DNA of 64,000 bases from contig CAJQJY010000014.1 of assembly GCA_905478765.1 (NCBI GenBank), positions 47,605-111,604 on the forward strand. Direction: 5' to 3'. A model generated the notes under the pieces. The model did not search any database, had not been told where the DNA came from, and saw only the letters and a program-made list of their open reading frames with translations. Made by a program: the position numbers and the translations under genes. This document shows, in pieces, positions 48,919 to 58,384 of the stretch. The stretch comes from an uncultured Flavobacteriales bacterium. GTDB taxonomy: Bacteria > Bacteroidota > Bacteroidia > Flavobacteriales > BACL11. Positions within the stretch are counted from its first letter, which is position 1; every line of letters begins with the position of its first letter.

Positions 48919-50283
48919 ATGAATATTATTGTACTAGGAGCAGGTGCATTTGGAACAGCTATTGCTAATGAACTTTCAGTAAATACTGAAAATAATGCAG
49001 TATTGTTTTCCAGAAACAAAGAGAAAGTTGAAGAGATTAATTTACACAATACTAATCAATCTTGTTTCCCTAACAAACATCTTACAAAGCATCTACGGGC
49101 TTCTTTTGATAAAAAGGAAATTCAAAGAGCAGATGTTATTTTTATTGCATTGCCATCACCTATTATTATAGAGTATCTAAAAAAATTAAGACCGTACTTT
49201 TCAAAAAGTGTACTGCTTGTTAATTTATCGAAAGGATTATTAGAAAATGGAGTAACAATAGTAGATAGAGTAAAGATAGAGTTAAATACTGAGAATGTTG
49301 TTGCATTAAAAGGGCCTTCTTTTGCGGTTGAGATTATGGAACATGCAGATACATTGTTAACTCTTGGTTATTCAACAAGAGAACAATATGAAATTATCAA
49401 TAAAATAATTATTGACACTGCATTGCATATTGATTGTACAACTGATATTAGGGGTGTTGAGGTTCTTAGTGTTCTAAAAAATATTTATGCTTTAGTTTTG
49501 GGTATTGTAGATGCAAAATACAATTCTCCTAATACTCGTTTTATGATATTAACTAAAGCATTTTCAGAAGTTAGGGTATTGTTAAGGGCATTGGGTGGTG
49601 CTCACGACACTTTGTTCTTGGCTTGTGGTTTTGGTGATTTATGCTTAACATCACTTAACGATTTGAGTAGAAACAGAACTTTAGGATTGTTAATTGGAAA
49701 AGGCTTTTTTAATGCTGATTATAAATCAAATTCTGTGATTTTGGAGGGATTGAAAGCAGTTGATTTAGTTCATAGTTTTCCATTGGATCATGTTATGGAT
49801 ACTTTACCTTTATTAAATAAGTTACATTCGTTTTTTGGGAGTAAGGAAAATGTACTTTCAATACAGTTTGATAAGCTAGTAGACCAAAAGTTTAAAACTG
49901 TTTTGACTTATGGTACTTTTGATTTATTACATTATGGACATCTTGAAATATTAAGAAGAGCAAGTTCACTAGGAGATAAATTAATAGTTGGAATTTCAAC
50001 TGATGAATTTAATGAGTTGAAAGGCAAAACGTGTATTTTGCCATACGAGAAAAGAAAAGAGCTATTAGAATCACTTGATTATGTTGACAAAGTAATTCCA
50101 GAAGATAATTGGGAACAAAAAGTTTCAGATGTTAAAGAAAATGATGTAGATATTTTTGTAATGGGAAATGACTGGGAAGGAAAATTTGATGAATTAAAAG
50201 CTTATTGTAAAGTGATATATTTTCCAAGAACAAAGGGCATCTCAACAACTAAATTAAAGTCAATTTTAAAAGAAGAAGAGTAA
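48919..50283 (+). CDS. fusion protein: NAD(P)-dependent glycerol-3-phosphate dehydrogenase (GpsA-like) plus glycerol-3-phosphate cytidylyltransferase (TagD-like)
   Basis: N-terminal Rossmann IIVLGAGAFGTAIANEL and a GpsA-like body (~320 aa). The C-terminal ~129 aa carry TYGTFDLLHYGHLEILRRA, ISTDEFN and RTKGISTT, closely resembling B. subtilis TagD as I recall it. Continuous ORF. Confidence 0.8.
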   Translation: MNIIVLGAGAFGTAIANELSVNTENNAVLFSRNKEKVEEINLHNTNQSCFPNKHLTKHLRASFDKKEIQRADVIFIALPSPIIIEYLKKLRPYFSKSVLLVNLSKGLLENGVTIVDRVKIELNTENVVALKGPSFAVEIMEHADTLLTLGYSTREQYEIINKIIIDTALHIDCTTDIRGVEVLSVLKNIYALVLGIVDAKYNSPNTRFMILTKAFSEVRVLLRALGGAHDTLFLACGFGDLCLTSLNDLSRNRTLGLLIGKGFFNADYKSNSVILEGLKAVDLVHSFPLDHVMDTLPLLNKLHSFFGSKENVLSIQFDKLVDQKFKTVLTYGTFDLLHYGHLEILRRASSLGDKLIVGISTDEFNELKGKTCILPYEKRKELLESLDYVDKVIPEDNWEQKVSDVKENDVDIFVMGNDWEGKFDELKAYCKVIYFPRTKGISTTKLKSILKEEE

Positions 50284-50290
50284 GCTATTA

Positions 50291-51553
50291 ATGAAAATTG
50301 ATGCTGAAATAATTAATAAAGAGGATTTTAAAACAATTCTTAATAATTTTTTTTCACTTACATTGCTTAAGGTATTGACCTATATTTTACCTTTAATTAC
50401 GTTTCCATATTTAATTAGAGTATTAGGGGTAGAAAAATTTGGGCTTATTATGTTTGCTCAGGCAACAATGTATTATTTTGAGATTGTCGTTGATTTTGGG
50501 TTTAATCTTTCAGCTACTAGAGAGGTTGCTTTAAATGCTAAAAAAGTAAATAAATTAAATGAGATTATTAGTGCTGTATTTAGTATTAAGTGTTTTTTAT
50601 TAATCATTTCCTTTTTAATTTTATTTATAGTGCTTAGTATTTTTGATCGCTTCACAGATGATTATTTAATTTATTATTATTCCTTTTTAAAAGTAATTGC
50701 CATTACTTTTTTTCCAGTTTGGTTTTTTCAAGGAATAGAGAAAATGAAATATGTAACTTACATTAACATCGTTTCTAAATCCATATATACAGTTCTGATA
50801 TTTGTGTTTATTCAAACTGAATCAGATTATCTGTTGGTGCCTTTAATTAATGGTTTTGGTTTTTTTATTGGAAGCCTATTAGCTTTGTATTATGTATTTA
50901 AGCATTTTAAGCATGTTTTTGTGTTTAATTCTTTCGCAATAATTAAACAGCATTTTATAGATAGTTCTATGTTCTTTTTATCTAGAGTTTCTGTATCGCT
51001 ATATACTTCTAGTAACACTTTTGTACTGGGTCTAGTAGCAAGTAATCTTACGGTAGGTTATTATGCAATAGCAGAAAAATTATATATGGTTATTCGCCAA
51101 CTATATCAGCCAATTGTACAGGTGATTTATCCATATATTTCTAAAAGTAAGAATTTGGTTTTTTTCAAGAAGCTATATCCAGTAGTTGTATTACTAAATT
51201 TTATTGGAGTTTATATTCTTTGGGTTTTTGCTCCTGAGCTGATTTATTTGGTATCCAAGGAATATTTTTTAGAATCTATTAAAGTATTTAGGATTTTACT
51301 TGTTGTATCATGTATTGTTGTTCCCTCTATTTTAATTGGTTATCCATTTTTGGCTGCTTTAGGATTTAAAAATGAAGCAAATTATAGTACAATTATTGGT
51401 TCTCTTTTTCATGTAGTTATTTTAGGTATTTTATATTTTAGTAATCTGATAAATATGTATAATATAGTTTACTTGCTGTTAGCAACTGAGTCGATTGTTC
51501 TGTTATATAGATATTATGCAGTATATAAAAATAAACTTTTTCAAATCGCCTGA
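50291..51553 (+). CDS. Wzx-type oligosaccharide flippase (polysaccharide biosynthesis protein family)
   Basis: 420-aa polytopic protein with N-terminal LKVLTYILPLITFPYLIRVLGVEKFG, typical of Wzx/RfbX flippases. Confidence 0.7.
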   Translation: MKIDAEIINKEDFKTILNNFFSLTLLKVLTYILPLITFPYLIRVLGVEKFGLIMFAQATMYYFEIVVDFGFNLSATREVALNAKKVNKLNEIISAVFSIKCFLLIISFLILFIVLSIFDRFTDDYLIYYYSFLKVIAITFFPVWFFQGIEKMKYVTYINIVSKSIYTVLIFVFIQTESDYLLVPLINGFGFFIGSLLALYYVFKHFKHVFVFNSFAIIKQHFIDSSMFFLSRVSVSLYTSSNTFVLGLVASNLTVGYYAIAEKLYMVIRQLYQPIVQVIYPYISKSKNLVFFKKLYPVVVLLNFIGVYILWVFAPELIYLVSKEYFLESIKVFRILLVVSCIVVPSILIGYPFLAALGFKNEANYSTIIGSLFHVVILGILYFSNLINMYNIVYLLLATESIVLLYRYYAVYKNKLFQIA

Positions 51554-51554
51554 C

Positions 51555-52775
51555 ATGATAAAGAAATATATTAAGTACTTGCCTAAAATATTGAATCCTT
51601 TAATGTATATTATTTATTGTTTAGTATATTTTATTCCTAGAAATAAGAAAAATTGGGTTTTTGGTTCTGGAGTAGGATTAAATTTTAGCGATAATGCAAA
51701 ATATTTATTTTTGTATTGTACTTCTTTACCGGAAATTAATTCTTTTTGGATAACAAGAAATAAGACTTTGGTAGAAAACTTAAGGAGTGAAGGGTTAAAA
51801 GCATATTATAAATATAGCTTAAAGGGTTTATGGTTAAGTATTTCATCTAAGGTATATGTATATGATTCTCGGACAGGAAGTATTAATCATTGGGTCTCAG
51901 CAGGAGCTCTTAGAGTAAATCTTTGGCATGGGTCACCATTAAAAACAATTGACAGAGACATTACGGTTAAGCATAATGCATTTTATATTGGTAATCATAC
52001 TTGGGGTCCAAAACGATATCTTGTAAGGATGATGATGCCAGAATGGTTTGTGGTGGCTGATTTAATGATAGCTACTTCTGATAAAGTAAAAGGTTATTTT
52101 AAGTCAGCTTTTGGCTCGGAAAAAATTGAGGTCACAGGCTATCCCAGGAATGATATTGTTATCAATCCTAATTTGTATGCAAGACATTTGGGATTTGAAC
52201 AACAAATTATTGAATCTATTACTACTGAAAAAACAATTTTGTATGCACCTACTTTTCGTGATACAAATCGTTTTGCTAGAGAAACTCCAATTGAATGGGA
52301 AAAGTTAAATAATTTATTAATAAAACAAAATGCTACTTTTCTAATTAAATTACATAGGCATGATTACTCTATGGTAATGAAAGAAGAGTATAGTAATATT
52401 AGAGTGTTAGATAATGAAAGTGATATGTACCCATTATTTACTAAAGTTGATCTTTTAATCACAGATTACTCATCTATTTTCTTTGATTTCTTATTAACAG
52501 ATAAACCAGTATTGTTTTACCCTTATGATAAAGATGAATATCTGAATATGGACCGCTCTATGTATGATGATTATGACACAGTAACACCAGGTTATAAGGC
52601 TTATGATTATTCTGATTTTCATAAAAAGTTAGAATTGTTTTTTGAACAGCCAAATGCATTAAAGGAAGGTGATTTAGATTATCAGAAAATTAAGAAAATG
52701 TATAATAAGTATAGTGATTTCAATGGTGCAAAGCGTACTTATGAGTTTATTAATTCAAACCTATATAGTTTTTGA
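51555..52775 (+). CDS. CDP-glycerol glycerophosphotransferase (TagB/TagF family)
   Basis: Start trimmed to the ATG at 51555, directly after the upstream stop. YAPTFRD motif, KLHRHD and ITDYSSIFFDF segments are typical of the Glyphos_transf family. Confidence 0.7.
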   Translation: MIKKYIKYLPKILNPLMYIIYCLVYFIPRNKKNWVFGSGVGLNFSDNAKYLFLYCTSLPEINSFWITRNKTLVENLRSEGLKAYYKYSLKGLWLSISSKVYVYDSRTGSINHWVSAGALRVNLWHGSPLKTIDRDITVKHNAFYIGNHTWGPKRYLVRMMMPEWFVVADLMIATSDKVKGYFKSAFGSEKIEVTGYPRNDIVINPNLYARHLGFEQQIIESITTEKTILYAPTFRDTNRFARETPIEWEKLNNLLIKQNATFLIKLHRHDYSMVMKEEYSNIRVLDNESDMYPLFTKVDLLITDYSSIFFDFLLTDKPVLFYPYDKDEYLNMDRSMYDDYDTVTPGYKAYDYSDFHKKLELFFEQPNALKEGDLDYQKIKKMYNKYSDFNGAKRTYEFINSNLYSF

Positions 52776-54073
52776 GGCAAGGATTAAAAAATAGAATTGT
52801 TTCAGAATTATATTTCTTAATACTATTATTCCCCATTTGGTGGATTCTAGGCATGGAACAATTTATTTGGGTCATCTCAGTTGGCTTGATTTTTATACAA
52901 TTTTTAATATATAGCAAATTTCAATTTAAAATGAATATTCTTGGATTATTGTTGTTATTTTTCCTTGTGATCTATGGGATTTCATTTATTAGCATTACTG
53001 AGAAAATGAGATATATAACCTATTTTAGAAACTTGAGCACCTATCTAACAGCTTTTATGCTTGTTATTGTAGTGTGGAATATTGTTGATGAATGGTGGCA
53101 GGTTGAGAAATTATTAGGGGCTATTATTTTTGTAATGCTGATAGCATCTATTGTTGGAGTTTTAGCTTTCATATTCGATTCATTTAGAGTTAGATTTAAA
53201 TCATTGGCAGGTTTTTTTATGCCCTCATCAATATCAAGTACAGGTTATGGAAGTGTAATTGCTATTAGAAATGTAGGTTTTTATAATTGGTTTATTGGTT
53301 TGGGTGAGTATTTTAGGGTCAGTTCCTTTTTTTTGTATTCAACTATGTTTTCTTCTACATTAGCAATTGTATTACCAATTGCAATGTTTCTTAAAAAAAT
53401 AAACATTGGTATAAAAAAAACTTACTTTACAATAGTAGTTATAATTATGGGTTTAGCGCTTTTAGCTACAACAGGGCGTGTTGCAATATTAGCAATATTT
53501 ATTGCGTATTTTATTTTTAAATTTCTCTCTATTAAGAATTTTAGTATTCGTTTTTCTATTATTGCTTTTTCTTTTTTCTTTATCTTACTATCTTTACTTT
53601 GGCTTGAACAAACTGGATTACTTTATCAGATTATTGATTTTGCTTTATATTCAAGGGGTAAAGGTAGTGCAAACGCAAGGTCTAAAATATATATTCAAAC
53701 CTTTGAAGGTTTTTTAGAACGACCAATTTTTGGATGGGGAACTGAAAGAGATGTTAAGGGCTTAGCATATCCATTAGGATCCCATAGTTATTATCTTGGG
53801 ACGTTATATAAACAAGGTGTGGCTGGTTTAATATTGTTTTTAAGCATTTTTGCAAATGTTTGGACTAATATTAAAGTTAAGAATAATTTAAATTACCGGG
53901 TTTCTTTATTTTACAGATATGGTCAATTTATGTTATTAGTATTTCTTATTAATAGCTTTACAGATGTTTTAGATTTAGATGCAACTACTATGATGTTTTT
54001 ATGGGTTATTATTGCACTCTTAACTGTTTCTAAAAGATTATCTACTAATCCCCAAAATCAATTCAATGATTAA
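52772..54073 (+). CDS. O-antigen polymerase/ligase-like (Wzy_C-type) membrane protein
   Basis: 433-aa polytopic protein with a TGRVAILAIFIAYF segment and a large loop (YSRGKGSANARSKIY...WGTERD). The TTG start is uncertain. Confidence 0.55.
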   Translation: MRQGLKNRIVSELYFLILLFPIWWILGMEQFIWVISVGLIFIQFLIYSKFQFKMNILGLLLLFFLVIYGISFISITEKMRYITYFRNLSTYLTAFMLVIVVWNIVDEWWQVEKLLGAIIFVMLIASIVGVLAFIFDSFRVRFKSLAGFFMPSSISSTGYGSVIAIRNVGFYNWFIGLGEYFRVSSFFLYSTMFSSTLAIVLPIAMFLKKINIGIKKTYFTIVVIIMGLALLATTGRVAILAIFIAYFIFKFLSIKNFSIRFSIIAFSFFFILLSLLWLEQTGLLYQIIDFALYSRGKGSANARSKIYIQTFEGFLERPIFGWGTERDVKGLAYPLGSHSYYLGTLYKQGVAGLILFLSIFANVWTNIKVKNNLNYRVSLFYRYGQFMLLVFLINSFTDVLDLDATTMMFLWVIIALLTVSKRLSTNPQNQFND

Positions 54074-54737
54074 TCTTATTGTTAGAGATAAAAGTTCAAA
54101 AAGACCAACTACTTTCTTAAATCCATTTTCATATATTGTTGCAAGGAGAAATATTAAACACCTAAGCCAGTTTAATATTGAAATTGATGGAGGGATGTTA
54201 GTGGTAGTTTTAAGATTTTTTGGCATTAGAGTTAAAAGGAAAAGTTTTGATATGACTTCTTTAGCACCTCTTGTTTTTGAAAATGCAATTAAGAATAATC
54301 AATCAGTTTTTTTTATAGGCACTAAACCAAAAGTTATTGACGTGGCTATTCAGAATATTCAGAATCAATTTCCTGAGTTAAATATTTGTGGTTATAGAGA
54401 TGGATATATGTCAATTGAAGAAAGAGAATCGGTGCTTACAAAAGTTAAGAGTCTTAATCCGTATTTTGTCATTTGTGGTATGGGAGCCCCTTTGCAAGAG
54501 CAATTCCTGATTGATCTGAAAAATATTGGATGGGTTGGAAAAGGGTATACATGTGGCGGGTTCTTGCATCAAACTGCTGATGGAATCGAGTATTATCCTA
54601 AGTGGATAACTGAATTTGGTTTAAGGGCTTTTTATAGAATGTATGATGAGCCTCAGTTATTAAAAAGATATTTTATCAACTATCCTATTGCAATGATTGT
54701 GATTGTATATGACTTGATTAAGTATAAAATGAGTTAG
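54066..54737 (+). CDS. WecG/TagA/CpsF-family (GT26) glycosyltransferase
   Basis: FFIGTKPKVIDVAIQNIQNQFPELNICGYRDGY ... ICGMGAPLQEQF pattern of GT26. Confidence 0.8.
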   Translation: MINLIVRDKSSKRPTTFLNPFSYIVARRNIKHLSQFNIEIDGGMLVVVLRFFGIRVKRKSFDMTSLAPLVFENAIKNNQSVFFIGTKPKVIDVAIQNIQNQFPELNICGYRDGYMSIEERESVLTKVKSLNPYFVICGMGAPLQEQFLIDLKNIGWVGKGYTCGGFLHQTADGIEYYPKWITEFGLRAFYRMYDEPQLLKRYFINYPIAMIVIVYDLIKYKMS

Positions 54738-54771
54738 ATTAATTCCCTACCTTTACATCAAATTTTAGAAA

Positions 54772-55890
54772 ATGAAAAGCAAAGTTGCATTAATCACAGG
54801 TATTACAGGGCAAGATGGTTCTTATTTGGCAGAATTCTTGTTAAAAAAAGGGTATAAAGTTCATGGAATAAAAAGAAGAGTATCCTCATTTAATACAGAT
54901 AGAATAGAGCATTTATATGAAGGCCCGTATATTGAAAATAGAAATTTGATTTTGCATTATGGTGATATGACAGATTCTATGAATCTGACTAAAATTATAA
55001 AGGAAGTTCAGCCAGATGAAATTTACAATTTAGCAGCAATGAGCCATGTCCATGTTTCTTTTGAAATTCCTGAATATGTCGCTAATACTGATGGAATTGG
55101 AACACTAAGACTTTTGGAAGCAATAAGGTTATTAGGCTTATCTGATAAAACAAAAGTTTATCAAGCCTCAACTTCTGAGTTATTTGGTAAAGCACAAGAA
55201 GTTCCTCAGTCTGAATCAACACCTTTTTACCCTAGAAGTCCTTATGCAGTTGCAAAGATGTACGCTTATTGGATTACAGTTAATTATCGCGAGGCCTATG
55301 GTATTTTTGCTTGTAATGGGATTTTGTTCAACCATGAGTCGCCCGTTAGAGGTGAAACTTTTGTTACTCGTAAAATTACTCGTGCTGCATCAAAAATTGT
55401 ATTAGGATTGCAGGATAAATTATACTTAGGAAATTTAGATGCCAAAAGAGATTGGGGACATGCTAAGGATTATGTGCGTATGATGTGGATGATATTACAA
55501 ACAGAAGTTGCTGAAGATTGGGTAATTGCAACAGGTAAAACGACTACAGTTCGTGATTTTGTAAAAATGTCTTTTGCTCATGCTGGAGTAGAATTAACAT
55601 TTAAAGGTGAAGGTAAGGATGAGAAAGGTATTGTTATGTCTTGTTCTAATCCTAATTACAAAGTTGAGATAGGAAAAGAGGTAGTTGCTGTTGATCCAAC
55701 CTATTTCAGACCAACTGAGGTTGATTTATTGATTGGAGATCCAACAAAAGCAAATACTCAATTAGGTTGGATTCCAGAATATAACTTGGAAAAATTGATA
55801 AGTGAAATGATGGAATCAGATTTGAAATTGATGACGAAAGACCAGTACTTGAAGGACGGAGGCTACACCATTAAGAATTATTTTGAGTAA
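54772..55890 (+). CDS. gmd: GDP-mannose 4,6-dehydratase
   Basis: [19 protein letters not shown], catalytic STSELFG and YAVAK. 372 aa. Confidence 0.95.
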   Translation: MKSKVALITGITGQDGSYLAEFLLKKGYKVHGIKRRVSSFNTDRIEHLYEGPYIENRNLILHYGDMTDSMNLTKIIKEVQPDEIYNLAAMSHVHVSFEIPEYVANTDGIGTLRLLEAIRLLGLSDKTKVYQASTSELFGKAQEVPQSESTPFYPRSPYAVAKMYAYWITVNYREAYGIFACNGILFNHESPVRGETFVTRKITRAASKIVLGLQDKLYLGNLDAKRDWGHAKDYVRMMWMILQTEVAEDWVIATGKTTTVRDFVKMSFAHAGVELTFKGEGKDEKGIVMSCSNPNYKVEIGKEVVAVDPTYFRPTEVDLLIGDPTKANTQLGWIPEYNLEKLISEMMESDLKLMTKDQYLKDGGYTIKNYFE

Positions 55891-56965
55891 AATGAAAAAA
55901 GATAGTAAAATCTATATTGCTGGGCATAGTGGCTTGGTTGGCTCTGCAATTGTTAAAAATTTAAAAGCAAAAGGGTATAGTAATATTGTTTATCGCACAC
56001 ATTCAGAATTAGATTTAACGAACCAAGAGGATGTTAAAAAATTCTTTCAGATAGAAAAGCCTGAATTTGTAATTTTAGCAGCTGCAAAAGTGGGGGGTAT
56101 TATAGCTAATAATAGATATAGAGCTGATTTTATTTATGAAAATAGTATGATTCAGAATAATGTGATTCATCAATCATATTTGCAAGGAGTTAAAAAATTA
56201 TTGTTTTTAGGAAGCACTTGTATTTATCCAAAAAATACAGAACAACCTATTGTTGAAGAAAGTTTAATGACCTCTGAATTAGAATATACTAATGAGCCTT
56301 ATGCAATTGCTAAGATAGCGGGAATAAAAATGTGTGAGAGTTATAATTTGCAATATGGCACAAACTTTATTTCAGTAATGCCGACTAATTTATATGGTCC
56401 GAATGATAATTTTGATTTAGAAAAATCCCATGTCTTACCTGCTTTAATTCGTAAAATTCATTTAGGGAAATGTTTGCAACAGAACAAATGGAATTCTATT
56501 AAATTGGATTTAGATAAAAACCCAATTGGAGGGATTAAAGGGGATTCAAATAAAGAACAGATTACTAATATCTTGTCAAAATATGGGGTTAAAGAAGATT
56601 CAATTGAGATTTGGGGAAGCGGAAACCCTAAAAGAGAGTTTTTATGGTCAGAGGATATGGCAGATGCTTGCGTATATTTGTTAGAAAACATGGATTTCAG
56701 TGATACATTTGACTCAGAAAATACTGAAATTAGAAATACGCATATTAATATTGGAACAGGTATAGATATATCAATAAAAGACCTTGCTGAAGAAATTAAA
56801 TCTGTTATTGGATATAAAGGTAATTTTGTTTTTAATACATCAAAACCAGATGGAAATATGATGAAACTCACGGATGTAAGCAAGTTGAACAATTTAGGTT
56901 GGAAGCATAAAATTCCACTTGAAAAGGGTGTTGAAAAGATGTATGCTTGGTATCTTACAGAGTAG
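55883..56965 (+). CDS. fcl: GDP-L-fucose synthase
   Basis: [27 protein letters not shown]. Directly follows gmd. Carries a ~40-aa insertion relative to E. coli Fcl. Confidence 0.9.
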   Translation: MSKMKKDSKIYIAGHSGLVGSAIVKNLKAKGYSNIVYRTHSELDLTNQEDVKKFFQIEKPEFVILAAAKVGGIIANNRYRADFIYENSMIQNNVIHQSYLQGVKKLLFLGSTCIYPKNTEQPIVEESLMTSELEYTNEPYAIAKIAGIKMCESYNLQYGTNFISVMPTNLYGPNDNFDLEKSHVLPALIRKIHLGKCLQQNKWNSIKLDLDKNPIGGIKGDSNKEQITNILSKYGVKEDSIEIWGSGNPKREFLWSEDMADACVYLLENMDFSDTFDSENTEIRNTHINIGTGIDISIKDLAEEIKSVIGYKGNFVFNTSKPDGNMMKLTDVSKLNNLGWKHKIPLEKGVEKMYAWYLTE

Positions 56966-56998
56966 AACTATTCTTTTCTTTTTCTTACTTTTGTTCTA

Positions 56999-58384
56999 AT
57001 GAAAGGTTATTCTAAATATTTTTGGTTCATACATTTTATTGGTGATATTTTATGTATTAATATTGCTTTTATCTTAATGTATTATCTAAAGTTTGATTCT
57101 TTTGATTTTTCAGATAAGTATCGTTTTTTAATAATTATTTTCAATGCGAACTGGATACTAGTTGCATTGATGCTAAAGCTTTATGAGTTGAATAGAATCA
57201 TGAGGTTAGATAAAGTTTTGTTCAATCTTTTTAAAGCATTTGGATTTAACATTTTAGTAATTACAGCTGTTCTTTTTTCTTTAAAACAATCTCAATTTTC
57301 AAGAGAACATTTGTACGCAACATACTTAATATTATTTGGGTTAATTATGTTTTGGAGATATTTGTCAATTAAGTTAATTAGACTTTACAGAAAATCAGGA
57401 TATAACTATAGGAGGGTTGTTATAGTTGGAGGAGGAGAAGTAGCTCAACAATTAAATGACTATTTTAATTCTGATGATGTTTTAGGAGTAAGGTTGCTAG
57501 GTGTATTCACCGATTCTGACTTATCTTTTGGTATAAAGGATAGTGTAAAAACTGGTACATTAGATAGTTTAGAGCAGTTTGCATTAAAAAATGATATTGA
57601 TGAGATTTTCTATACTATGCCTTTAACATATACTAAAAAAATTAAAGGATTAGTTGATTTCTGTGATAGATACATGATAAGGTTTAAAGTAGTTCCTGAT
57701 TTTAGAGGGTTTATATTTAAACGTGTAAACATTGATTTTTTTAATGATGTACCAGTTATTACTTTAAGAGAAGAGCCTCTTACGGATTTTATTAATAGAT
57801 TTACAAAAAGAGTATTTGATTTGATATTCTCATTACTTACTGTTGTTTTTGTGTTGAGTTGGTTGTATCCTATTATAGCTGTATTAATTAAATTGTCATC
57901 AAAGGGACCTGTTCTGTTTAAGCAATCTCGTTCTGGAGTAAATAATGAAGAATTTTTGTGTTATAAATTTCGCTCAATGACAATGAGTGAAGAAGCTGAT
58001 ACTAAACAAGCTACAAAAGGTGACGTGAGAATAACAAAGATTGGAGCATTTTTAAGAAAATCATCTTTGGATGAGTTTCCACAGTTTTTTAATGTACTTA
58101 TGGGGGATATGTCCATTGTTGGGCCTAGGCCACATATGCTAAAACATACAGAAGAATACTCTGAGTTGATACAAAAATATATGGTAAGGCAATTGGTAAA
58201 GCCCGGTATAACTGGGGCTGCTCAAGTAAAAGGGTATAGAGGAGAAACTAAAGAATTGGAAGATATGGAGGGGCGTGTGCGTTTAGATGTTTGGTATATC
58301 GAGAACTGGTCATTGTCATTGGATATAAATATAATATTTTATACGGTTTGGAATGTTTTTAAAGGTGATGAAAAAGCATATTAA
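56999..58384 (+). CDS. large polyprenyl-phosphate hexose-1-phosphate transferase (WbaP/WcaJ family)
   Basis: N-terminal TM bundle, central Rossmann-like domain (VVIVGGGEVAQQL) and a C-terminal sugar-transferase domain (KFRSM, DEFPQFFNVLMGDMSIVGPRP). Confidence 0.85.
   Translation: MKGYSKYFWFIHFIGDILCINIAFILMYYLKFDSFDFSDKYRFLIIIFNANWILVALMLKLYELNRIMRLDKVLFNLFKAFGFNILVITAVLFSLKQSQFSREHLYATYLILFGLIMFWRYLSIKLIRLYRKSGYNYRRVVIVGGGEVAQQLNDYFNSDDVLGVRLLGVFTDSDLSFGIKDSVKTGTLDSLEQFALKNDIDEIFYTMPLTYTKKIKGLVDFCDRYMIRFKVVPDFRGFIFKRVNIDFFNDVPVITLREEPLTDFINRFTKRVFDLIFSLLTVVFVLSWLYPIIAVLIKLSSKGPVLFKQSRSGVNNEEFLCYKFRSMTMSEEADTKQATKGDVRITKIGAFLRKSSLDEFPQFFNVLMGDMSIVGPRPHMLKHTEEYSELIQKYMVRQLVKPGITGAAQVKGYRGETKELEDMEGRVRLDVWYIENWSLSLDINIIFYTVWNVFKGDEKAY

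Noticed and set aside
56460-56600. ~40-aa insertion in Fcl relative to E. coli Fcl ([46 protein letters not shown]).
   Set aside because: As I recall, Bacteroidota Fcl proteins are generally ~356-360 aa and carry this insertion. It is a lineage trait rather than an anomaly.
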